Shown: positions 10,177 through 19,348, counted from the stretch's first letter. The stretch: 63,817 nt of DNA from Patescibacteria group bacterium (GCA_018830125.1 JAHJSY010000041.1:1-63817), one strand, 5' to 3'. The notes: generated by a model from the letters alone, not told the origin. Made by a program: numbers and translations.

Positions 10177-11307
10177 TTAATCTCCTAGAATAAATGGATC
10201 TAATTCTTTTTTGGTGATCACTTGGAAAGAACTCAACCAATCAAAATTTTGTTTTTTTATAGCTTTTCGCGGATTCCATTTAAACTCATAACCGTTTAAT
10301 TGGTTTGATTCTTCCTCAATAAGATCTATTTCGTTGCCGTCATAAGTGCGCCAAAAATACTGCTCTGCATCAATTTTATTATAAAAACGGAACTTCATTC
10401 TTTCGGTAATCATAAAGTTCTCCCATAAGGATCCGACATCTTTTCTGCTGTCTAAAAAATTAAAATTATTAATTACTGCATTTCTAATACCAACATCGTA
10501 AAAATATATTTTTCTTAATTTAGAAATTTCTCTTCTTTTATTCTTAGTAAATGGTTTTAATCTAAAAATAACGAAATTCTTTTCCAACAACTGAATATAT
10601 CGCTCAACAGTTTTTTTATCAATATCAACAGTGTTTGATAATTCGTTATAAGATACTTCTGATCCTATTTGAAGAGCCAACGCTTTGAGCAATTTTACTA
10701 AAATGTCTGGACTCTTAACATCTTGAAATCCTAAAATATCTTTATAAATATAACTTGAAGCTAATTCTTGAAGTAATTCTTTTTTTTCTTCAAACGATGA
10801 CTGAGAAACAACTTCTGGATAAGAACCGAAAATCATTAGACTCTCTAGCTCTTTGATAATTTTTAAATAATTTTTGTCGGGATAAATTTCTTGCAAGCTT
10901 AAAGGAGAAAGTTGATAGACATATTTTCTCCCCGTTAAGGGTTCTTGAGTATTATCCAATAAATTTAAACTGGATGAACCTGTAACTATAATTTGTTTTT
11001 TCTTTTTATAAAAATCAACCAATAACTTTAATGTTTCTCCAATATTTTCTACTTTTTGAGCCTCATCAATAAAAACCAGCTTGGCTTTGCCAATCAATTG
11101 TTTTAAAAATTCTAAATCTTTATCAGCTAACTGTTCTCTATCGCTTGGATTATCGCAGTTAAATAAACGGATATCCTTTTTAGGGAATTCTTTTGTTAAT
11201 TCTAAACTAAGAGTAGTTTTGCCCGTTTGTCTTGCACCAACAATAATTATTATTTTTCCTTTAAAGAATTTCTTTGATATTGTTTCTTCTAATATTCTTT
11301 TATACAT
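10177..11307 (-). CDS. AAA-family ATPase with DUF4143-like C-terminal domain
   Basis: Walker A GARQTGKTT, Walker B LVFIDEAQ. 376 aa, architecture of COG1373-type ATPases. Confidence 0.75.
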   Translation of the reverse strand: MYKRILEETISKKFFKGKIIIIVGARQTGKTTLSLELTKEFPKKDIRLFNCDNPSDREQLADKDLEFLKQLIGKAKLVFIDEAQKVENIGETLKLLVDFYKKKKQIIVTGSSSLNLLDNTQEPLTGRKYVYQLSPLSLQEIYPDKNYLKIIKELESLMIFGSYPEVVSQSSFEEKKELLQELASSYIYKDILGFQDVKSPDILVKLLKALALQIGSEVSYNELSNTVDIDKKTVERYIQLLEKNFVIFRLKPFTKNKRREISKLRKIYFYDVGIRNAVINNFNFLDSRKDVGSLWENFMITERMKFRFYNKIDAEQYFWRTYDGNEIDLIEEESNQLNGYEFKWNPRKAIKKQNFDWLSSFQVITKKELDPFILGD

Positions 11308-11391
11308 GCTCTTTGTGATTTAGTGATTACACTCTCTATTTTACGCCTGTATTTTAGCCTGTCAATACTAGTTATCCACAGCCAAAATTAT

Positions 11392-11416
11392 AAAAGTCAC
11401 AGGGGGCGTCACTTTT
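11392..11416. repeat. AAAAGTCAC-AGGGGGC-GTCACTTTT repeat
   Basis: Shares GGGG.CG..TCACTTTTA with 10135..10152 in the same orientation. The two copies flank the AAA ATPase gene. Confidence 0.6.
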
Positions 11417-11430
11417 AAACAGGGTTTTGG

Positions 11431-12237
11431 TCATGCTTGGCATTTAGGGCAGAAGCAAGTGCTTCGGGCGTTGATTTTTTTTCTTTGAATTTTGGTTTTG
11501 CAACGATAGCATTGTTCTCCTTCTCTGCGGTAAGCTTTTATTACTTTCCCAAAGGTTCCCTTTTCTCCTTTTATATTTCTGTAATCAGAAGTACTTGTTC
11601 CTCCCATCTTAAGTGCTTTTCTTAAAGTCTTCTTGATTGATTGATAAATATCTTTTAGCTGTTTCTCGGTTAGCTTTGAAACATCTTTAAAGGGATGGAT
11701 TTTAGTTTCCCATAATATTTCGTCTGCATAGATATTGCCTATTCCAACAATAACTTCTTGCTTCATTAAAACCTGCTTAATTTTTCCTCTCTTATTTTTT
11801 AGAGCCTCTTTGAATTTATTAAAGGTAAAACCTTTTTCTAATGGTTCTGGTCCCAAAGAATCTAGTTCTTTGATTAGGTCTTTAGTTTTTAGGAGTTTAA
11901 CTTTAGCAAATTTCCGAAGATCGGAAAAAGCCAACACTCTTCCGTTATCTAAAAAGAATTTTAGATGTATGTAGCTATTATATTTATCTTCTTTGTTCCA
12001 ATTATCATATAAAAAATGGCCAGTCATTTTTTGATGAACTAAAAGAGAGTAATCTTCGGAAATGTCAAAGATAATATTTTTACCTCTCCGCCAGATCTTT
12101 TTAATCTTTTTATTCTTTAGTTCTTTTTTAAGTTTAGTAAATTTCTGAATATCAGTCCAAACGTCAACAAAGGTCCTATCAATAAGGACCTTTTGCAAAC
12201 CTCTAACTGTTGTCTCTACTTCTGGTAGTTCTGGCAT
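11431..12237 (-). CDS. mutM: formamidopyrimidine-DNA glycosylase
   Basis: N-terminal MPELPEVET and C-terminal zinc finger CYRC..CFCPKCQ. Confidence 0.9.
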   Translation of the reverse strand: MPELPEVETTVRGLQKVLIDRTFVDVWTDIQKFTKLKKELKNKKIKKIWRRGKNIIFDISEDYSLLVHQKMTGHFLYDNWNKEDKYNSYIHLKFFLDNGRVLAFSDLRKFAKVKLLKTKDLIKELDSLGPEPLEKGFTFNKFKEALKNKRGKIKQVLMKQEVIVGIGNIYADEILWETKIHPFKDVSKLTEKQLKDIYQSIKKTLRKALKMGGTSTSDYRNIKGEKGTFGKVIKAYRREGEQCYRCKTKIQRKKINARSTCFCPKCQA

Positions 12238-12602
12238 TATTTTAGGACTGCTTCAATTTTTTCGATAATTTCTCCTGGAGTAAAATGAGCTTTAATTAAA
12301 TAATCATTGGCTCCCATTTCTAATCCTTTTTCTATATCATCTTTCTGACCCAGATTGGACAATATGATTACTGGGACCTCGGCTAATTTTGGATCGGCTT
12401 TCATTTTAGCTAAAACCTCGAAACCATCTATGCCGGGAAGAATTAAGTCGAGTAAAACCAGATCGGGGTTTTCTGATCTAACGCTTTCTATTCCTTTTTC
12501 TCCATCAACCGCTTCCGCAACATCATACCCTTCTTTTGCAAGTTTTTGAGAAATTAATTCTCTAAGAAACTTGTCATCTTCAACTACTAAAATCTTTTTC
12601 AT
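12237..12602 (-). CDS. single-domain response regulator (receiver only)
   Basis: 121 aa. ILVVEDD and LVLLDLILPGIDG receiver motifs. No output domain. Confidence 0.85.
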   Translation of the reverse strand: MKKILVVEDDKFLRELISQKLAKEGYDVAEAVDGEKGIESVRSENPDLVLLDLILPGIDGFEVLAKMKADPKLAEVPVIILSNLGQKDDIEKGLEMGANDYLIKAHFTPGEIIEKIEAVLK

Positions 12603-12652
12603 ATTTTTATTTATTTAATGTTTATTAGTTTATTTTAATATATTACAAGGAT

Positions 12653-13753
12653 TTAGTAAAATTTTCCTGTCAAGAACTCTCCAAACCTTTCCTTGATAGG
12701 AATTGTAACATGAACTGTTGTTCCCTGTTTTTCCTTTGATTCAAACCAAACTCTACCTCCATGAGCTTCAATAATGTTTCTGGATATATACAGTCCCAGT
12801 CCTGTTCCCTCCGTATCAATTCTCATAACATTAGAACCTCTAAAGAATTTAGTAAAAACTCTGTCTTGCTCATATTCGGGAATCCCAATTCCATTATCCT
12901 TTATGTGAATTTCTACTTCTCTTTCTTTCTCTTTTCTATTTAGAGTGATGATGATTTTCCCACCAATGCTAGTGTATCTTATGGCATTGTCTAATATATT
13001 CTTAAAAACAATTTCCATTTTTTCAATATCTAGCATTATTTTTTGAACATCTTCTCTTTGAAATTCAACATTAAGTTTTTTGTTCATTATTTCTTGCTTT
13101 CTTGATTCTAAAACAGTCTTAATAACATCTTCTATGCTAGTCAAAACAAGATTACGAAGATATTTTCCTTCTTCAATTTGAGCAACATCTAGAAGATCTC
13201 TTACTAATTCAATTACCTTGTCATTTGTTTTGTAAGCCTTGGTTAATATTTCTTTTTGAGATTCATTCAATTCTCCGTAGCTTCCGTCTAATACTCCGCC
13301 AAGAGACCACTTTATTCCAGAAGTAGGAGTTCTTAGCTGATGAGCAGCTAAGGTAACGAACTCTGTCTTCATTTTATCGGATAATTTTTCTCTAGTAATA
13401 TCATGTGTAACGATTAACGTATTTATTCTTTCTCCGTCACGAGCTATTGGAGTACTGGTTATCTCTAAGATAAGATTTTCCTTGATCTGAAGCTCTGTTT
13501 TTTCCATCGGTTTTATTTCTCCTCCCAAAAGAGAGACTAAGGGACTTAATCTTTCAAAACGGGCTAATTCTAGAATTGATTTACCCAACACTCTTCCCTC
13601 TAAAACTTCAAATAACATTTCTGCCCTAGGATTAAGCAGAGTAAGCTTATTCTCTGAGTTAAAAACCAAAAGCCCATCTGTAAGATAGTTTGTGATAGCT
13701 ATATTGCTATTACTGTTAGCTAGTTTTGTTTTCTTCTTTCGGAAAAACATCAT
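12653..13753 (-). CDS. cytoplasmic PAS sensor histidine kinase
   Basis: H-box AAHQLRTPTSGI, N-box DNAIRYT, G-boxes DNGIGIP and GTGLGL. No obvious TM helix. Confidence 0.85.
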   Translation of the reverse strand: MMFFRKKKTKLANSNSNIAITNYLTDGLLVFNSENKLTLLNPRAEMLFEVLEGRVLGKSILELARFERLSPLVSLLGGEIKPMEKTELQIKENLILEITSTPIARDGERINTLIVTHDITREKLSDKMKTEFVTLAAHQLRTPTSGIKWSLGGVLDGSYGELNESQKEILTKAYKTNDKVIELVRDLLDVAQIEEGKYLRNLVLTSIEDVIKTVLESRKQEIMNKKLNVEFQREDVQKIMLDIEKMEIVFKNILDNAIRYTSIGGKIIITLNRKEKEREVEIHIKDNGIGIPEYEQDRVFTKFFRGSNVMRIDTEGTGLGLYISRNIIEAHGGRVWFESKEKQGTTVHVTIPIKERFGEFLTGKFY

Positions 13754-14682
13754 AATAGATTTTGAGTTTTTCTCTCAACCTTAGCGGGCTCAAATAAACG
13801 TTTAACCAAACTCTTAAACCCATAATCTTCTAATATCTTATTCACCTTATCTTTATTATATCCTTTCCAAGTACATTTTTCCAAATTAAAATCAAGAGGG
13901 ACCTCATCGTTTATCTTTCCCAACATTCGAGAAACAAGAGCCTGGTCCTTTTGATTAACTAATTTCTCTTTAATTTTTTCTTTTATTCCTCTTGTATTTT
14001 TACTAATCCCTTCGTAGATGTTATCCATGGAGCCAAATTCCTTAATTAAAGCTATGGCTGTTTTCTCTCCAATACCGATAACTCCAGGAATATTATCTGA
14101 AGGATCCCCTCTCAACCCTTTGTAGTCAATCAACTGTTCCGGAGTTAATCCATCATATTTTTCTTTAACTGCTTCCTCGTCATAAATAACAGTGTCTTTA
14201 ATTCCTTTTCTCAAAGCACTAACTTTAATATTCTTATCCACTAATTGCAGAACATCCATATCTCCAGTTAAGATGATTACTTCCATTGGTGGATAAATTT
14301 GTTTTTTAGGAACCGTCTTGGCAATTGTTCCAATTAAATCATCTGCCTCAAATCCTTTCTTTTCAAAAATCTTTATTCCAAAACCATTTAAAACTTCTTT
14401 GATTTTGGGAATTTGAGCATATAATTCGTCTGGGGCTTTCACCCTATTGGCTTTATATAGTTTATACTTTTGATGACGAAATGTTTTTCCTGGAAGATCA
14501 AAAGTAGCAACGATATAATCTGGCTCAAAATCTTTAATTGCTTTAAAAAGAGCTAACAAAAAACCGTAAACAGCATTTACGAGTTCTCCTTTTTTAGTTC
14601 TCAGAGGAGGCAAAGCATGATAAGCCCGATGAACAATCGCATTCCCGTCAATAATAACCAGTGTCTTTTTATCTTTATCCAT
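13750..14682 (-). CDS. 5'-3' exonuclease (stand-alone Pol I N-terminal/FEN domain)
   Basis: LVIIDGNAIVHRAYHALP, ADDLIG and HhH GIGEKTA motifs. 310 aa with no polymerase domain. Confidence 0.85.
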   Translation of the reverse strand: MDKDKKTLVIIDGNAIVHRAYHALPPLRTKKGELVNAVYGFLLALFKAIKDFEPDYIVATFDLPGKTFRHQKYKLYKANRVKAPDELYAQIPKIKEVLNGFGIKIFEKKGFEADDLIGTIAKTVPKKQIYPPMEVIILTGDMDVLQLVDKNIKVSALRKGIKDTVIYDEEAVKEKYDGLTPEQLIDYKGLRGDPSDNIPGVIGIGEKTAIALIKEFGSMDNIYEGISKNTRGIKEKIKEKLVNQKDQALVSRMLGKINDEVPLDFNLEKCTWKGYNKDKVNKILEDYGFKSLVKRLFEPAKVERKTQNLL

Positions 14683-14686
14683 ACGT

Positions 14687-15175
14687 CTATCTTATCATAA
14701 TTTTACGAGTGTTGGTATCTATGAATTTGAAGTTTATCCAGATGGTGTTTGGAGGGAGAATTTTTTTGATGTTGTCAGCCCATTCTATAACTATGATATT
14801 TTGGGGATTGGAAATTATTTCTTCAAATCCTAATTCCAAAATCTCTTTAGAATCTTTGATTCTATAACAATCAAAATGATAAAGATTTTGCTTGCATAAG
14901 TGCTTGCATAAGTCCGACTTATGCGAAACTGCATAAGTCGGACTTATGGCAAACTTTTTGAAGATGACGAATGTGGGGCTTAAGACTTTTTCTTTGACGC
15001 CTAGGGTCTTAGCAAAGGCTTGAGTGAAAGTTGTTTTGCCTCCCCCAAGTTCTCCTTTTAGCCCAATAACAATTCCCTGCTTGCTTGAAGGCAGGTTTTT
15101 TGAAATTTCTTTAGCAAATTCTTCGGCTATTTTCTGGGTTTCTTTTATGCTACTTGTAATATATTCTTTTTTCAT
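14687..15175 (-). CDS. tsaE: tRNA t6A37 biosynthesis ATPase TsaE
   Basis: P-loop GELGGGKTTF, then SPTF and LYHFDCYR motifs. Carries a palindrome-derived insert between them. Confidence 0.8.
   Translation of the reverse strand: MKKEYITSSIKETQKIAEEFAKEISKNLPSSKQGIVIGLKGELGGGKTTFTQAFAKTLGVKEKVLSPTFVIFKKFAISPTYAVSHKSDLCKHLCKQNLYHFDCYRIKDSKEILELGFEEIISNPQNIIVIEWADNIKKILPPNTIWINFKFIDTNTRKIMIR
14905..14949. repeat. two copies of palindrome GCATAAGTC(C/G)GACTTATG(C/G) inside tsaE
   Basis: 14905..14923 and 14931..14949, plus tandem CTTGCATAAGTG just upstream. A third copy lies at 61183..61201. Confidence 0.85.
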
Positions 15176-15191
15176 GTTAATATATCATAAC

Positions 15192-16469
15192 ATGAAACAA
15201 GCAATGAAAAACATAGGAGAAGTTGAAATACCGAAAGACATTATTGAAGATGTCCAAAAGAAGGTTAAAAATATACCATCGCTTAAAGAAAAGATTGAAC
15301 TATCTCTAAACAGAAACACAACAGAAGTTTTAGGAATTATTTTAATTGGGGCGATAAGCTTAGGTGCTTCAGATATTCATATTGAACCAGAAGAAAGCAA
15401 TGTTAAATTCAGAGCTAGAATTGATGGAATGTTGCAAGATATCTTAGAAATGGACATTGAAAAATACAGAGGACTTCTATCTCGTATAAAATTATTATCA
15501 AAGTTGAAATTAAATGTGAGCGACCGGCCCCAAGATGGTCGTTTTTCTATTATAATAGGTAGGGAGAATATTGAGATAAGAACTTCTATTCTTCCAGCTG
15601 AAAATGGCGAGTCAATTGTTTTAAGAATTTTAAATCCTAAAAGCTTAATCAGTTTGGAGGCATTAGGGTTAAGAAAGGACTTGCTAGAAATCTTTAATAA
15701 AGAGATTGAAAAACCCAACGGAATGATCATTGTTACTGGCCCAACAGGATCAGGCAAGACGACAACTCTTTATGCCTTTTTAAAAAAGATTAACAAGCCA
15801 GATGTGAAAATAATTACTCTTGAAGATCCAATTGAATATCATTTAGACGGAATTTCCCAAACTCAAGTTGACGCTAAAAAGGGATATGGTTTCGCCAGTG
15901 GGTTAAGATCAATAATGAGACAAGATCCCGACGCTATTCTTGTTGGAGAAATCAGAGATTTAGAAACTGCTAAAACAGCTTTACAAGCAGCCCTAACAGG
16001 ACATTTAGTTTTTACAACCCTACATACCAATGATGCCGCTGGAACAATTGCTCGACTTCAAGCGTTGGGAGAAAAAGCAATTAATATTTCTCCGGCAATA
16101 AATATGGCCATTGCCCAAAGGTTGGTAAGAAAAGTATGTAAGGAATGTTCTAAGCTCGAAAAGGCTACACCAGAAGAAATAAAAATAATAAAAAAAGAGG
16201 TAACCGATGTACCTCAAAACTTGAAAATTGCTAAAACTAAGGGCTGTGACCAATGTAATGAAACTGGCTATAAGGGAAGAATAAGTATTTTTGAGGCTTT
16301 ACTTGTTGACGAGGAAATTGAGAATTTCATACTAACCGCTCCCTCTATTGTTGCCTTGAGAAACCTCGCTATCAAAAAAGGAATGACAACAGTTCGACAA
16401 GACGGCTTTATGAAAGTTATTGAAGGAATTACCACTATCGAAGAAGTAGAGAGAGTTACTGCGGAATAA
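15192..16469 (+). CDS. type II/IV secretion / type IV pilus assembly ATPase (GspE/PilB family)
   Basis: Walker A GPTGSGKTTT, His box TTLHTND, tetracysteine CKEC..CDQC. Start moved to ATG 15192 because the track extension is antisense to tsaE. Confidence 0.85.
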   Translation: MKQAMKNIGEVEIPKDIIEDVQKKVKNIPSLKEKIELSLNRNTTEVLGIILIGAISLGASDIHIEPEESNVKFRARIDGMLQDILEMDIEKYRGLLSRIKLLSKLKLNVSDRPQDGRFSIIIGRENIEIRTSILPAENGESIVLRILNPKSLISLEALGLRKDLLEIFNKEIEKPNGMIIVTGPTGSGKTTTLYAFLKKINKPDVKIITLEDPIEYHLDGISQTQVDAKKGYGFASGLRSIMRQDPDAILVGEIRDLETAKTALQAALTGHLVFTTLHTNDAAGTIARLQALGEKAINISPAINMAIAQRLVRKVCKECSKLEKATPEEIKIIKKEVTDVPQNLKIAKTKGCDQCNETGYKGRISIFEALLVDEEIENFILTAPSIVALRNLAIKKGMTTVRQDGFMKVIEGITTIEEVERVTAE

Positions 16470-16474
16470 AAAAA

Positions 16475-16601
16475 ATAGACCTAGGGCTGGGGGAGGACTT
16501 TAGCTTAGGAACAAAAGTTTAGAATTTTCCCGAGGTGTAGTTTCGCCGAAGCCAAACTATCCATCTGCAGAGAATTCCAAGACCCCCAGCCCTGGATCTA
16601 T
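16475..16601. ncRNA. candidate structured RNA / complex hairpin element
   Basis: About 19-bp closing stem, ATAGACCTAGGGCTGGGGG...CCCCCAGCCCTGGATCTAT, with one mismatch and one G-T. It encloses about 90 nt with an internal hairpin TAGTTTCGCCGAAGCCAAACTA. A and T runs lie on both sides. Confidence 0.3.
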
Positions 16602-16634
16602 TTTTCCTTTTTAATAGCTCCATTCTAATATATT

Positions 16635-17648
16635 ATGGAAGATTTGTCAAGTCCTACAACTCAAATTCAAGATGAAAGTCTTGATTTAACCCTTCGTCCA
16701 AAAACGTGGGACGGTTATGTTGGTCAAGAAAAAGTGAAGAAAAACATCAAAATTATTATTGAAGCAGCTAAACAAAGGCGAGAACCAATAGAACATTTAC
16801 TTTTTTACGGAGGAAGCGGATTGGGAAAAACCACCATTTCCCATATTATTGCTAACGAGATTGGGGCTAACATCCGAGTAATCGCTGGACCAACTATAGA
16901 AAAAGTTGGCGACTTGGCAGCTATTCTTACCAATCTCAATCAAGGAGATGTTTTATTTATTGATGAGGCCCACAGAATAAACAAGCTAATAGAGGAATTC
17001 CTCTATCCAGCTATGGAAGATTTTAAACTACATCTTATTCTAGGCAGAGGACCTATGGCAAGAACAATGGAATTAGAACTGCCAAGATTTACTTTAATCG
17101 GTGCCACTACTCGCTTAGCCCTATTGTCTTCGCCTCTAAGAAACAGATTTGGAGCGACCTTTCAACTTGATTATTATAAGGAAGAAGACATGGAAAGAAT
17201 TATAAAAAGATCTACTAATCTTTTAAATATTAAAACCGAACCAGAAGCTTTAAATATTATTGCCAAGTGCTCAAGATCTACGCCAAGAGTTGCCAATCGC
17301 CTCATCAAAAGAATCAGGGACTATGCTCAAGTAAAGGGCAAAGGAATAATCACTAAAGACATTGCCGAAGAAGCATTGAGATTTTTAGACATTGATGAGC
17401 TTGGATTGGAACCAGGCGATAGAAAAATACTAAAAACAATTATTGATAAATTTCAAGGTGGTCCTGTTGGCCTCCAAACTTTAGCTGCCGCCAGCCTTGA
17501 AGAACAAGATGCTATTCTAGATGTCTATGAACCGTACCTAATGCAACTCGGTTTTATAGAAAGAACTCCTAAGGGTCGTATCGCCACCAAAGCCGCTTTC
17601 CAACATCTTGGTATTCCTTACGCTAAATCCCCAAATCTATTTAATTAA
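16635..17648 (+). CDS. ruvB: Holliday junction branch-migration ATPase RuvB
   Basis: LRPKTWDGYVGQEKV, Walker A GGSGLGKTT, LFIDEAHR. Confidence 0.95.
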   Translation: MEDLSSPTTQIQDESLDLTLRPKTWDGYVGQEKVKKNIKIIIEAAKQRREPIEHLLFYGGSGLGKTTISHIIANEIGANIRVIAGPTIEKVGDLAAILTNLNQGDVLFIDEAHRINKLIEEFLYPAMEDFKLHLILGRGPMARTMELELPRFTLIGATTRLALLSSPLRNRFGATFQLDYYKEEDMERIIKRSTNLLNIKTEPEALNIIAKCSRSTPRVANRLIKRIRDYAQVKGKGIITKDIAEEALRFLDIDELGLEPGDRKILKTIIDKFQGGPVGLQTLAAASLEEQDAILDVYEPYLMQLGFIERTPKGRIATKAAFQHLGIPYAKSPNLFN

Positions 17649-17674
17649 TTTTTGTTTTTTGGTATCATAGATTA

Positions 17675-18391
17675 ATGAATAAAAGTTTAATTATTATCGT
17701 TGCTGTTCTGATTGCCTTAGCTCTCTTGGGCGGAGTTTTTTTGGCTTATCTATTTTTCCAAGATAGCCCAGAGAATAACAAAGAAACCAAGAAAACAAAA
17801 GCAAGCTTAGAGATAAGCGAGGAAAAGATAGAAGAAGAAACCGATGATTTAATTGTCAGCGTTCGTTATCCTAAAACTAACAATAAAAAAGTTAACCAAG
17901 AAATAGATAATCTCATCGAATCAGAAATTGATAATTTCAAAGAGAGCATCATGAATCCTATTGAAGAACTTGCTAGCGGAATCTATATCTCATATATAGT
18001 TTCTCTCAATAGCCCAACTATTTTAAGTATTATTTTTGATATATCTATTTATCCTTCAGGGGCCGCCCACCCAGTGAGCAACACCAACATTCTTAACTAT
18101 GATCTCGACAAAGAGAGAAGAATAGACAATAAAGAAATCTTCACAGGTAATTACTTAGACGTTTTATCAGAAATCTGCACCGAAAGACTAATTGAAAAAA
18201 TAGAGCCAGATGAATTTATGATTAATTCTATTTATAGTGGTGCCGGTCCTACCGAAGAGAACTATGAACATATTGCCTTAACCGAAAATGGCATTATTGT
18301 TATTTTTGAACAATATCAAGTAGCTGCCTACGCTCTAGGGAAACAATCAATTGAAATTCTTGCTTCCGAAATATCTGACGTACTAAAATGA
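17675..18391 (+). CDS. membrane-anchored DUF3298/DUF4163-like protein
   Basis: N-terminal TM helix. GAAHP motif and length fit the RsiV/PdaC-type DUF3298 family. Weak recognition. Confidence 0.45.
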   Translation: MNKSLIIIVAVLIALALLGGVFLAYLFFQDSPENNKETKKTKASLEISEEKIEEETDDLIVSVRYPKTNNKKVNQEIDNLIESEIDNFKESIMNPIEELASGIYISYIVSLNSPTILSIIFDISIYPSGAAHPVSNTNILNYDLDKERRIDNKEIFTGNYLDVLSEICTERLIEKIEPDEFMINSIYSGAGPTEENYEHIALTENGIIVIFEQYQVAAYALGKQSIEILASEISDVLK

Positions 18392-19344
18392 AAAAGGTAA
18401 TTCTAATTTTGTTGTTTTTTCCTGTTTTTGTTTTGAGTCAAGAAAAAATCAATATTAATACAGCCACATTAGAACAGTTAGATATATTAATAGGAATTGG
18501 ACCAACCTATGCACAAAGAATAATAGATAATAGACCTTTTTCTTCAGTTGATGATTTACTGAGAGTAAACGGTATCGGAGAAAAAACTTTAGAGAAAATA
18601 AAAGAACAGAAACTTGCTTATGTAGAAGAAAAACCCGTAGAAACCACCCCAATGCCAACAATAGAACCAATGAAGGAGGTTAAACCTCCTCCATACGTTG
18701 ACGTTGAAAAAATAGAGATTAGGGTCGAGGACGGGCCTCGAACTTTTCCAAGTGGGATTATTATCAATGAAATACTACCTTCGCCTGAAGGATCCGATTC
18801 TGAAAATGAATGGATTGAGCTATATAATCAAAATGATTTTGACATTGATTTAAATAATTGGACAATTAAAGACACTACCGGAAGTATTAAAGAATATATT
18901 TTAGAAACTAAAATTCCTCGTTTAGGATACTTACTTTTAAAAAGACCTGAAACAAAAATAACCCTGAACAATGACAGCGATGGTTTAATTTTAATGAATC
19001 CGAATAAAGAAATTGTAGACTCAGTAAATTTTGGAAAGGCATTGCAAGGACAGTCATATAACAGATATTCTTCTGAATGGTCTTGGACAATAACGCCAAC
19101 TCCAGAAGAACAAAATGTTATAGTAAAAAAATCGACTCCACAACCAAAACAAGCCAATCTCACTGGAAGTAAAAATCAAGAATCTGCGGAGGTCGGACCT
19201 CCGCAGATTCTTAGAAATAAACTGGTGAACAGTTTTGAGGATTTTCCTGGGATTTCCGTATTTTTAATTGGTTTTATTGTCGCCATATTTTGTTCAATTG
19301 CTTTCCTAATAATAAAAAGCAATATCAGGGGCTTTTGGTATTAA
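18388..19344 (+). CDS. ComEA-like helix-hairpin-helix protein fused to a lamin-tail domain, C-terminal TM anchor
   Basis: Signal sequence, then INTATLEQLDILIGIGPTYAQRII and VNGIGEKTLEKI (HhH). IINEILPSPEGSDSENEWIELYN (LTD). Hydrophobic C-terminus. Confidence 0.7.
   Translation: MKKVILILLFFPVFVLSQEKININTATLEQLDILIGIGPTYAQRIIDNRPFSSVDDLLRVNGIGEKTLEKIKEQKLAYVEEKPVETTPMPTIEPMKEVKPPPYVDVEKIEIRVEDGPRTFPSGIIINEILPSPEGSDSENEWIELYNQNDFDIDLNNWTIKDTTGSIKEYILETKIPRLGYLLLKRPETKITLNNDSDGLILMNPNKEIVDSVNFGKALQGQSYNRYSSEWSWTITPTPEEQNVIVKKSTPQPKQANLTGSKNQESAEVGPPQILRNKLVNSFEDFPGISVFLIGFIVAIFCSIAFLIIKSNIRGFWY
18725..18747. repeat. REP-like core (reverse orientation) inside the ComEA/LTD ORF
   Basis: TCGAGGACGGGCCTCGAACTTTT, read in frame as VEDGPRTF. 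Confidence 0.8.
19180..19210. repeat. 31-nt palindrome GAATCTGCGGAGGTC-G-GACCTCCGCAGATTC inside the ComEA/LTD ORF
   Basis: 15-nt arms are perfectly complementary. Read as QESAEVGPPQIL. The GAGGTCGGACCTC core is related to 47975, 48004 and 49541. Confidence 0.85.
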
Positions 19345-19348
19345 TTAG

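Noticed and set aside
11372-11380. Perfect DnaA box TTATCCACA between the AAA ATPase gene and mutM
   Set aside because: It is a single isolated box 18 kb from dnaA with no neighbouring boxes or AT-rich unwinding element. It is most likely a chance occurrence or a minor titration site.
15024-15191. N-terminal 56-codon extension of the PilB/GspE ORF in the track
   Set aside because: It lies entirely antisense to the tsaE coding region and is Pro/Ser/Phe-rich with no homology pattern. The in-frame ATG at 15192 (MKQAMKNIG..) follows the tsaE start region.
16475-16601. Identification of the structured element as SRP (4.5S) RNA
   Set aside because: Size and a long closing stem fit. But the conserved helix-8 features (GNAR tetraloop with flanking AGCA/GGAA-type internal loop) could not be found: the apical loop is CGAA closed by C-G. 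It is kept only as an unassigned candidate.
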